Of a stretch of DNA of 64,000 nt, positions 27,809-39,192 are shown piece by piece. This stretch comes from Rotaria socialis. Its lineage: Eukaryota. How positions within the stretch are numbered: the stretch's first letter is position 1; every line of letters starts with the position of its first letter. The translations under genes were made by a program, and so were the position numbers. The stretch spans positions 62,001-126,000 of the forward strand of contig CAJNYD010000014.1 of NCBI GenBank assembly GCA_905331295.1, read 5' to 3'. The notes under the pieces were generated by a model, which saw nothing but the letters and a program-made list of their open reading frames with translations, ran no database searches and was not told the origin of the DNA.

Positions 27809-27906
27809 TCAATTTTCGTTGAGAAAGAAAAAGAATGAAAGGAAAAACAAAACCTGTTAACATCACTGTTTTTGCACGCGGGTCAATCAAATGAACAAAA
27901 ATGTTA

Positions 27907-28506
27907 TTATTTTTTCATATATTCTGAATGATCAACATTTTCATCATCCCATCCGTTGTCTTTAATCATATGTACAAGTTCAATTATATATTTGCCTTCT
28001 TTATATTTTTGACTGGATTCAAATGCATGTTCCTATATGAATGAAAAATTTCTTTCATTTTGCTTAGAAAATATTTAAAATCATGTATTTACATATTTCC
28101 AACCAAGTAAAGTTTTACAACATTCACAATAGATATCAGCTACTTCATGTAAACCCGTCAGTAAAACTCGTTCTTCAGCAGCGCTTGTATTTACATTGAC
28201 ACTAGAATCGAATAAAGACGAAGACAATCAATTAAAAGATTTGATTGATAAATGTAAATAACATACACAGAATTGAACAGGTAAGCTCGGCCTTGACTAC
28301 CTTGAAATGACTAAAATTTTTAACGAAAAAATAAGACATTTGTTTCTTTTCTTTTTAAGAATTACTTTTGAAATCAGTTCATCGTGATTAGCCAATTGAG
28401 CTCGACAATGAAGGCAAGAATAAGTTCGATGAGTTTTATCTGGTAAATAAAGTTGGAATAATTTGCCCAATGTTTTTGAACCGCCGTGATGACTATTTTT
28501 AACCAT
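27907..28506 (-). CDS. YPEL: Yippee-like protein (YPEL1/2/3 type), 4 coding exons
   Basis: [39 protein letters not shown]...[56 protein letters not shown]. Confidence 0.96.
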
Positions 28507-31500
28507 CTTCTGGCGGACCTATATAAAAGATAAGAGTGAAAAGCAAACCAAAAGAATTCATTATACGACCTATTGACTGATAAAAATAGATATAACAGCA
28601 AGAAAAACGAAGAAAGGCTTGAGTATGTCAAGTTGTAAATATCATAAAAAAATAGATATACAAGTGACGAGACAGCACGTGTGTTTTTGCATTATTGATT
28701 TATTTCTCTGTTTTCATCTCCCTTGTCTCAATTCTCACTTTTCCCCTCGAACTCTGTGAAAGTCTAATGAGCAAAACAAAAAAGTAATTCTCCAAAGAAA
28801 GAAGTTCAGGGAAATCAGATGTATTGATGCGAATAATTTTCAGCTTAAGCCAACTGATCTGCTCCATTGTTGGTGACAATTTTTTTTTTCTATTTTTTTT
28901 GTCATTGTGTCCATAAGACTAATAGTAAATATTCATATTCCTATATTCACTTATCTAAAGTAACATAAAAAGTTGAAGACGAGACGCAAGCACTTATCTG
29001 CTTGTCTACCCTATTCGTCGTCTCCCATTATACTCTATCTACACCCATAATAAACAACTTGAATTTTAATGACCATATACATATATTACAAATACATCGA
29101 TTGAATTGATGATTGAACTCATACAAATAAAAAACTGATAGAAAGGGAAAAATTCATTGAGCGTATCCAAATCGTGTTCTTTTACTCTCTCTCTCTCTCT
29201 CAAACAGCTTTGCAGATCCATATTTGTACTACTTGCGCAATTGAATAAATACAGATGTGTGTTCATCAATGTAGTACACACAATACTGATTAGACATATA
29301 TATATTTTTCTTTTTTTTATTGTGCTCCATTACGTTGTTCCAAATCTATTCTAATCCAATAATGATGAAGAGTTTGCATAACTCTAGTGAAAGGAATAAA
29401 ACACTTGTAATCATAACTTTCACTATACAATTTTTAAAAAACGGATTTTTTTTTTTCTATATAGACTGGTCGATATCTTTAAGCATATTGATGTATACTT
29501 TGCCTGTATAGATATATGCATACTAATTGAAGGACGATGTCGTTTAGATAGTCTATGCTTAGATGATACAGGAAAAAGTTTATGTATATATATATATAAA
29601 ATTCACTTAAAATGTTGATGAGACAACAGAGAGAAAACAAGCCTTGATCAATCAGCGAAGCGAAAACATTAATATACACACATGTATCATTAATGAGAGT
29701 TCGACATGTATCTCGTTGTCTGCGTTTTTCTCTCTCGATGAAGATAATTAATGCGAATGCAATTAAGTATTAATGTAGAAAATAACTTACGGTAGAAAGA
29801 AATGTCCAACAAGTTGCCACCACGATGATTTAATAGCGAATTGAATTTAGAGAAACAAGACGACAGATCTTATCGAAGAGTCGGCAAAATATAATTATCA
29901 ACAAAATGTTATACTAAAAGAAGAAAAGAAATTTTACTATTTTTTATAATTAAGAATCTAAAAAGGAGCCCCAATAACGCGATATTACTACAGCAATTGC
30001 TTAAAGAAAAGTCAAATATTTGCAGCAAACATTTTGCATAAATTTACACATATAAAAATCTACGCTAGTTTATTACATAATAAATCTGAGCATACTTTAA
30101 TGTAATGGTCGAAATGACATTTGTTTGGCGCTTCAAGTGGTTCTGTATTATTTTCCTATTGCAATTCCTCAGAAGACAAATTGACCGGAAGTAACAGCTA
30201 CATAGATTGATAACCGAATGAAGATGAGACGCTCATGAAGGATAAATACTAACCTTGATACTGTCACAATACTACGCTAATTTAGTTCTTTAATATTTTC
30301 CATGAGTTTCTTCTTTTCTGCCTACAAAATGAAACGCTATAGTAATTAGCTAACTCTATCTCATAGAGAAAAAATCAACATTTTTTTTTGCAGATTATAG
30401 TTCATCTTTAATTTCCTTATTTTGTCCTAGGATAGCTGTTCGAACGATGATTTACATCACATTCTTCTTTTCTAGTTAGCTGATCAACTACATAGTGCTT
30501 ATTATTAACGAGGAATAGAATGTGTATGTATGCTAAAATTGATTTATCAAAAACCGAAATCCGTTACTCTTCTTTTAATAATTGAGAGAAATGTTAGTGA
30601 CGCACTCGTCTTAGGCAACAATTTATTGTTGTTATTCGTCTAAGACACAAAGATGTTGAAAAGTTCTGGTGACTGTTAGCATGCATATGCAAACGATTAT
30701 GACAAGAGAAAGGACGACAATGTTGGCAAAATAGTTTTAGTGACGACGCGCAAGCTAGCAAACGGCAGAATACGATTGACACTGTCCCTGTGTATGTGTG
30801 TGTGTGTATTTGCATGGCTCTATTTCTCTCTTCTCTCTCGTTCTACCACTTTTCTTCTTTTGTCTCTTTTTCTATGCAGCCAAGCTCGTGTTTTTACCTC
30901 CTCGAAAAACTCTTTTTTTTATGTATGTGACATAAGACGGAATAATGGTTCACATAGTACTTGATATAAACATACCTACAATTTTCATTCTCACTTCTAT
31001 GTTTCAATGACTTTGTTCGTATTCAATGTTACTAATGAAGTTATTCATATCTATACAAGTGAATTTTGTTCTGCTGTCTCCAGATAATTTCAATTAATCA
31101 AGGTCCATATAAGCGATTTACACTACTATGTAACAGTCGTTCAATAGAACTGATTAAAGTATCACAATCAATTGTACAGCCTTGTGTGAGCTGCTTGCTG
31201 CTACCCTACTCTCGTCTTTTTCTTTCTTGAGTACTACACTTTAGTTGAATTGCTAATGAAACGAGTCCAACTTCGCAAGGAAAGGCAGAGAAGAAAAGAA
31301 TAACGTTCGAAAACTCTCGACCTTGCTTTGAACTTATTTGCGGACAATCACTAGACCAGATAGAGATAAAGAAAAAGATAAACTATTAAATTCTATTAAG
31401 ATTTTTGACAAATAATATGATTTTATAGTTATTTATAAAAACGGAAAAAAATTTACTTGTAATATAATGTCGTACGTATGGTATTTGGAAAAAATCGAAA

Positions 31501-33285
31501 ATGAGCGATTCAACGATATAGTACTGTTTGGCGCCGAGTTTATAATAAGATAAAGGGGGCAACAACAAAAAAACAAGAGGGAATGATTAGAAAACGTTAT
31601 GGTATTTCTTATAAATCCGCATTTTTCTTTTTTTCCTTAGATGCCGTTAATAATATTGTTGTTGTTCTTCGTCTTACTGTTGTTGACGATAGTCAAATCT
31701 TGCCGACTAGCTGTATTTCTGCTTCAGTTATTAGAACGAGAAGAAAATTGCTTGAGCGTTTGAAACGCAAAAAACAACATGTTTTGTCTGACGTTCGTCT
31801 CACAAAAAACTACGCCAACGCACTGCTCATATCCTAAAAATAAAATGCGTCTAACGCTTGCTCTCAATCAGCTGCTATTATTTTTCTCTATCGTTTTTTC
31901 TCTTTCTTCTTCTTCTTCTTCTTGTTCTTGCGCGTTAAATCTTCTATTACTCTACTCATGCAATGATGCCTCATGCGCATTTACGCTCCTTGTTGTTGAG
32001 CTGTTTTATATGATGATAACAATAGCGTGTTCTGAAAAAGAAGGAAGAAGAAAAAAAGTCTAAAGAATAGAAAACAGACGAAGAAAATCATCTGTCAATC
32101 GTGCCTGTCTGCATACATCTGCATTAGTCACGTGAAGATTCTTGAAAGATTTTTGTTCCAAAATTCTAATCCGTCCTATTGAAATATTTCATAGAATAAA
32201 TATGAGAGCAAAAACAACAACTCGATGTGTCACAAATCACTATAATTAAACAGGCATGAATAAAACAAATTATTATCGATGATGGAGAATAGGCATCTTA
32301 TATCCACTTGAGACATTTCGATGCATTGAAAATTAGTCAAGCAACAACCGATCGATTTTTAACAATTTAAATTATTCACACAAATTCAATGAATTTTGAT
32401 CTATTCTCGCCCTTTTGTATAAATCTAACATAAACATCGATCATTTTTCTATACATACATATAGACCTATATGTAGATAATATAAATTTGCCGATTATAG
32501 TACTATTTGTTCACACTGAAATTGAACATAGGAGAAGTATTATTATGATGGGATGATGATCATACATATATATATATATGTATGTAATGTAGTATAAATG
32601 CCAAATCACGGTTGGTTTCATTTTACATTATTCTACGCATAGCTTTCTATTCTATTGATGATTTACATCTCTTTCTCTGTTTCTGTCTGCATACTATATG
32701 CATATGAAGGTGTGTAATAAGTAATTATACGACGCGACAAAATGATGCAATTGACAGTAGTATGTTCTTTTGTCTATGGATATGTAAATGTAAATGTACA
32801 TATATATTTCACACAGAAGTAATTTCTATGAAGAAAATAGATTAAAAGAATGCAAATTAATTTTTTCCTTCGCTTTTCTTTTTTGATTTCATGTTTAAGA
32901 CAAAGACAAGTGACAATGAAGCCGGTTGATTAGATTCAATATAAAGTCGACCTGTGAATTCAATGCAAATTCAACAAGAACAAAGAATAAATCATACTAA
33001 GACTACTTAACATACACTGTAAATGTTAACCGATGAAATATCCTTGAATAAATAAAGTTTATTCTTCAATCGAAAAACGAGAAACAAAACGCGACCGTAC
33101 ATAAAAGACTTTATGAAAATGTTCAAAAAGAGACATTAAATTTCGAACTCATCACTTTATATTGAGTTCCATTCTTAGTAGACATCATGATTGTTTTACA
33201 TGGACATCCGCAACTAATTGTAGTAAACAATGTAATGAATTTCATCGTATTACTCGTTCACAACATACTATTGTTGATTTAGTAA

Positions 33286-34128
33286 GGTGAGAATAATCCA
33301 AAATTAAAGCAAGATGTTTTTTTCTTTCTTTTAAACACCATTAGATAGAGTTCGTCGAGCTGAGCTATAATATGTCTTTGAACTTTTTTCGAAATGATTC
33401 TGTGAAATATTTCCGCTTTTTTCAATTCAGTTGAAAAATCGCATTTTTCTTCAGAATATGGAAATCTTCAATGTTTTTTGAAATTTTAATAGTCTATGGA
33501 ATTTCTTAAAGGCTATCGGCCAGAATATCCAAAAAATGGCATCTTGTCAACATTTTTTGAAAGTCTAACTAGTTTTTTCTGCTAAAAGATATGGCTCTGT
33601 TCTATATGGCATTAGAACCAGCAGACATTGCGCTACAAAATTATAACTTTACTTTCTTCAAATATTGATTTATTCAAGAAAATTGCGCTTCAATATTGAT
33701 TCAGAATGACAAAAACATGAAATTCTGCCAGTAATCGACGGTTTTCTTCATCGAAACACGACTATTTTGCGAGAAAACTGATCGCTTCGGAATCAGTGTG
33801 AAAAATTACGTCGATGGAGCAATATTGTAAAATGTTTGCTTGATTTTTATTTTTTCATGAAAATTTAGATTTTTCTGGGGGNTGGATATTCTGACCGATA
33901 GCCTTTAAGAAATTCCATAGACTATTAAAATTTCAAAAAACATTGAAGATATCCATATTCTGAAGAAAAATGCGATTTTTCAACTGAATTGAAAAAAGCG
34001 GAAATATTTCACAGAATCATTTCGAAAAAAGTTCAAAGACATATTATTGCTCAGCTCGACGAACTCTATCTAATGGTGCTTAAAAGAAAGAAAAAACCAT
34101 CTTGCTTTAATTTTGGATTATTCTCACC
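33286..34128. mobile_element. Foldback MITE with ~245-bp terminal inverted repeats, Kolobok-like
   Basis: 33286 to about 33530 is a near-perfect reverse complement of about 33883-34128 (GGTGAGAATAATCC...GGATTATTCTCACC). Flanks are GTAA and TTAA, a degenerate TTAA TSD. There is an 'n' at 33882. Confidence 0.88.
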
Positions 34129-34692
34129 TTAATATTAAACAAATTGGACAAAAAAAATAATACAGCATTGATATTTTAGCAACTCCTATAACATAACATG
34201 AATCTCATACATATGCTCATATGTGAACAATGAATTTGTATTTGTTTTTTATCTTATGCAGGATTTTTATATGGAATAAAGAATTCAATTTGTATCCATC
34301 AATTATCTTGCATTTAGTCGAAAACTGAAAATGCTACAAATGTTGAAAAGTAGATAGATCGAAAATCACAGTTAATGAGCATAAAAGTTTTCATCAATCT
34401 CATCTTTGCTTTCGACATTCTTATAGTTCGATCAAATTCAAGGTTTGCCTTTTTGTCATATCAAATTTAGAAAAGTACTCATATTCATTCAATACGATAT
34501 ATATATACATATGTATGATCATTTATGGGTTGCATGTATGATGTATATTGGTGTAAATGTTAATCCGATCGATAAGCATCTGATACTTTAACTGAATTCG
34601 TCAATGTTTAACATGGATAAAGAGTTCAAGGTCATCTATCAGATTGCTTTAAAATGGATACTATAAAGTGTATAAAAATCCTACTAACATAT

Positions 34693-34811
34693 GCTTACGG
34701 CCATACCACGTTGAATACACCAGTTCTCGTCCGATCACTGAAGTTAAGCAACGTCGGGCTCGGTTAGTACTTGGATGGGTGACCGCCTGGGAATACCGAG
34801 TGTCGTAAGCT
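34693..34811 (+). rRNA. 5S: 5S rRNA gene
   Basis: GCTTACGGCCATACCAC...GAAGTTAAGC...GTTAGTACTTGGATGGGTGACCGCCTGGGAATAC...GTCGTAAGC. The terminal stem pairs, the internal A and C boxes are present, and there is a TTTTT Pol III terminator and an upstream TATAAAA. Confidence 0.98.
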
Positions 34812-34815
34812 TTTT
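34811..34815 (+). terminator. RNA polymerase III terminator (T-run) of 5S
   Basis: TTTTT immediately follows the 5S 3' stem. Confidence 0.9.
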
Positions 34816-34900
34816 ACTGTTTTTATTTATAATAGTATATTAGTATTATATCTTTTAGTCTAAATTCTGCATCATATTATTATCCAATGTGTAGGTAGTT

Positions 34901-36665
34901 CAGGGTTGCCAGCCGCACCCCATTTGGGGGTACAGTACCCCATTTGAGCCTTTTGTACCTCAAAACAATTTGTACCTCTGAGGTACGCATTTTGTACACC
35001 ATCTGCATTTTTCCATGTTACGACTACTATCATCCATATTTTGGTTGAAACTAAGAAAATTTCTGTCTCGTTATCCGACATTTACTATTGATAAAGATGT
35101 GAAGCGTCAATTATATTGGTTGGCTGCTAATGGTCATGTTTATGAAGAATTCAACAATGACATATGCAGCGAGTCTCATGATGAAGATAATCTCATTCAC
35201 AAATCGACGATCGAAAATCATGCAAGAGAAATGGAATTTCTGTCTGATCAATTTTGGGCTTTTCTTCTTGTAAAGTCGAAACCAATGTATATTGAAATGT
35301 ACAAAATTATTTCTTATGTGTACTCAATTCCTTGCTCGAATGCATTTGTTGAAGGCGTTTTTAATCAAAGAAAAAGCGCATGGACTGCCAGTCGCAATTT
35401 GACAGTGAATAAAACGATAGCTGCTGAATTGAAAATCAGATTTAATAGTACTATGACATATGAAGATTTTTTTCTTTTGGCCAAACAACCGCAACTGATA
35501 ACGTGTGCTAAAAGTCAACAAAAGACAGTTTCGAAGAAAAAAGCGTGCAACAGTTAGTGTAAATATAAATCGAGAAGGTTCGCTTTGAGTAAGCATTGTT
35601 TTATTATGATTCAGAGGCGACGGAGCGTCATTAAGCTAGGTGAGGCTCATAAGATTTTTTTTCTACTGTGGAATTTCATGAAAGCATCCAGTAGCAAATA
35701 AGTCTTCTTTTCATTGAACTTCAGTAAAAATAATAAATGCGGAAACATCGGATTTGCATCCGATTGGTATGTCCACTTCAAAAAGCGAAAAAGTGCATTC
35801 ATTTTTTTCCGTTCCTATTTTTTCCTAAACATTTTATATCATGCACAACAAAACTAGAACGAGAATCGAATACACTACTGAATATGCAACTCATAAAGAC
35901 AGTTGCTAAGTGACGAGTTCTATTTACTCTGAAAAAATTGGTATTGCTCATATGAAAAACAAGTAAATATCACACCCACACATTATCAAGATATGTGAGT
36001 TTTTTGACACTGTGATACAGAGGAAATCTTGTGAGCAACCTATTCACTATTCACATTGAAAATAAGGATATTTTTTGCGTANTTAGACGTACGTAAGACG
36101 AAGAGAGTGTCTTCTTATTTTTTTTTTTAGTTCAATTTATTGTGACATTATAGGTTCACATCAAGAAAAGGTAAAAAGAAGAGAGCTAAGAATAGAGAAG
36201 AAGAAGTTACGAACGATAAAAAAGATTTAGCAGAGTAGACAACATTTTTTTTCCAGCAAAGTTAGTATTTAGAGAGCTAACGAGATACAGGTTAACTGAA
36301 TATAGTACAAATATCTAAAGAAAAATAATTGATAGATACCAGTTTACATAAAATGGAATAGAAATAGTCATGATAACAATTAACAATTAACAGTGAGAGC
36401 GATTGTGATTGAATGATTATAGCTGTATAGAAATATATGTTTTCTTACGTACAAAAGTTACGGATGTTGGCGACATCTTTTAAGAAATATGATNCGGAAA
36501 ACTGAGAATGCCCTTTCCTGATTGAAAATAGTTTTCGAAATTGATTTCCGCAGCCGATGACCAGTGTGAAAGATGTAAACTGCGTACCTCACGAATGTAC
36601 CCCATTTACAGCTGAGTTGTACCTAACGTGTACCCCATTTGGGACCTGAGCAACTGGCAACCCTG
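34901..36665 (+). mobile_element. hAT DNA transposon, internally deleted derivative
   Basis: 12-bp TIRs CAGGGTTGCCAG / CTGGCAACCCTG. Perfect 8-bp TSD AGGTAGTT (34893-34900 and 36666-36673). Subterminal GTACC(C/T) repeats at both ends. Confidence 0.95.
35015..35557 (+). pseudogene. Truncated hAT transposase fragment (C-terminal dimerisation domain)
   Basis: FW...YVYSIPCSNAFVEGVFNQRKSAWTASRNL...TIAAELKIRFN matches the hAT dimerisation pattern (P.S.A..ER.FS.......RN). It is far too short to include the full catalytic core. Confidence 0.85.
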
Positions 36666-36947
36666 AGGTAGTTATAAATGAAGGCCTTATATTTTTTATT
36701 TTTACATGTATTTTTACAAACGAAATGATATTCAGTATCTAGAATAGAAGATTATATACAGAATAAAGAGATCAACGATATTATACGCCTTTCATTATTG
36801 ATTATGATTATTAGGCTTGCAGCATCACACTCTAGTTTGAATGCATTTTTCTTCTTGATTCGATATTCATGGGTGGATAGTTTGAATTTCGTTATTTTCA
36901 TTTATATTTCTGTTTAGCTTGTAAAATGAATTCGTCAAGAAATCATT

Positions 36948-37645
36948 TTATGCTTCTTTAGAATTACGAATGCATGGTAATGTAGGGATTGATTTTGATT
37001 CGAATGTGGCTGAGTGATGTTTTCGTGATTCATTCGAAAATGTCGATCGATTACTTTGATTAGAAAGTGGTTTTTGCTGATGATAATTACTAGCTGTATT
37101 GCAGATTTGTAACATATATTTTGTACGAGGTGTCAATGAGCGAACATTTCGTTGAATCAAATGCGTATGATTAATCGAACGTTCTTGGATTCGATTTGAT
37201 TGACGAGATATCAACTAAGATAAAAATAAAACGAAGATGTGTTACAGTTACAGATAAAAGGAAATATATATATATATATAATTTTAGTACGTACATGAAC
37301 ATTAGGTTTTGTTTTTCGTGGTAAGATTAGTTGTTTCTCTGTAGGCTTTTGATAATTAGGATCATAAAAATAAACAGATCGAGATGTTGGCGGAGTTTTA
37401 TACCATTTTGGAGGTGTTTTTGATTGGTCTAATATACGTAAATAATTTCTCGGTTGAGTTCGTTGTAGTTTATTTTGGGCCAATTGGGCTTGCAATTGTT
37501 CAATTAAAAATCCTCGCTTTAATAGTTTATTTTCATTAAAATCATTAATATCAAAAGCCTGCATGGTTTGTTCGGGTGTGTTCAAATGTAAACTTTTAGT
37601 CACAATTACTTTTATGTTACTGATTCCATCAGTTTCGAAAAACAT
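36948..37645 (-). CDS. Uncharacterised basic low-complexity protein (at least 2 exons; may extend to 38094 through an in-frame TGA)
   Basis: ORF 37211-37675 splices at phase 0 (CAT|GTACGT...CTTAG|TTG) into ORF 36948-37214. No recognisable domain. Confidence 0.55.
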
Positions 37646-38353
37646 ATCGGTCAAATCTCTGTCAAAATAAGACAATACTAATCATGAAGTTAGTTCGGCA
37701 TTGCGCCTATATTATTTCTTTCTCAATACAACTAACAATAAAAAGAAGAACTCATGAAATATAACAAAAGAACTCTCTCTATACATATATATATATATAT
37801 ATTTATGGAGAAAGAGAAGTAGAAAAATTGAGACTATTTAAAAAAGACCAGCTGTTAAGAATAATGAGAATGAATTCTTAAATGAATTGTTTTTCCTCAA
37901 GAATACTTCCACGTCACACTACGCTACAGATATAATGTTGTGATTAATATTATTAAACGAGCATAACAGTTGTTCTATTGATTTGAATTCTTTTTATTCA
38001 TATAGAAAAGTAACTTGATACATGAGAGAACTTACGTTGCAGTACAGCAGAAAGAATTTAATGATTCTTGTTCATCAGCATTGTCTAATGCCATTTTTTA
38101 GATTAGCACTCGTTTGTTCCGTGTGCAACTCGCGATCAGTATTCAAGTAAGAATAACAAACAAAAAAGAAAAGGAAATATATGGCCGAGTTTTGTTCGTA
38201 AAAAATCTAACGAAAGGAGCTTATTTTTTTTACTAAACATGAAAATGTTTAGAAAAATATTTGTTTTTACTTTCTAATGCGCTTCAATGAGAAAGAGCAA
38301 AGCAAAAATACAACATAAAAAAAAGAAAGAATTATTCGCGATTAATCCGTCAT

Positions 38354-39000
38354 TTAGATTGTTGCAACACCGATAAGAAATGAAAAAATGAAAATCATAA
38401 TCGATGGTATTTTCATATGAGTATTGTTACAAAGAGATGTTTCACAGCACGTATTGCTTATAGCTGAACCTCCTTGAAATGTAAATGTGCAGCGCTTATT
38501 TCCACATGACCGACGAACGCTTGAAGCAAAAGTTCCTTTCTATTAAAGAACAAAAACAAAATTTTTCACTTCTGAATAAAATAAAATATTTAAATTGTTA
38601 AGCTATACCCAACAACTATGTTCACATTGTACCAATGGTACAGAATCTGCTGCTATAAATGGGTCAGTACATTGATCGCCATCACATTTATAACATGATA
38701 TAGTACGATTTACTTCTGTTCGTTACAAAAAAATGAATGAAATATTTTTCATGATAACATTTTATGTTTACCCTTTTTATCTTCATCACGTTTTCGATCT
38801 TTTTTATCACTTTCACGGTCAAGTTTATCAAGTAAGGATTCCTGTTCATTCCGATCGCCACGATTTCGATGATGTCTTACTGCTGAATCTATTTACATAC
38901 AGTATTCAAAATACTGCTATACTGCTTTTTATCTGTACTTACTAAAGTCAATAATAGTAAAAAGTAGAAGACCTCCAAGTAATACAAATATACGATGCAT
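38354..39000 (-). CDS. Ly6/uPAR (three-finger, sleepless/quiver-like) GPI-anchored protein, 3 exons; absent from the ORF track
   Basis: Signal peptide MHRIFVLLGGLLLFTIIDF, then ISCYKCDGDQCTDPF...VQCEHSCW, then KGTFASSVRRSCGNKRC...NTCCETSLCN and a hydrophobic C-tail. It has 10 Cys with the CCxxxxCN signature. Confidence 0.9.
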
Positions 39001-39167
39001 CGTCGTGTCTTCTAAAATAGAAATGAATGGCTTCGTTCTTTGATTTCCTATTTTTAATACATATTTATCATTATTTTAATGAGAAGAATCCTGTTTCAAG
39101 ATAATAATGAATGAGAAAATAACAACATTTATCAATTCAATGCAAACGATCCATTATCGCGTAGTCA

Positions 39168-39192
39168 AGAGAGAGAGAGAGAGAGAGAGAGA
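39168..39192. repeat. (GA)n microsatellite
   Basis: Direct AG dinucleotide run upstream of the Ly6 gene. Confidence 0.9.

Noticed and set aside
27681..27890. Poly-tyrosine ORF
   Set aside because: It is a translation of the (AAT)n microsatellite.
34140..34900. Possible SL RNA, snRNA or histone gene linked to the 5S gene
   Set aside because: I found no recognisable spliced-leader exon, Sm-site-bearing snRNA or histone sequence by eye. An Infernal/Rfam scan would be decisive.
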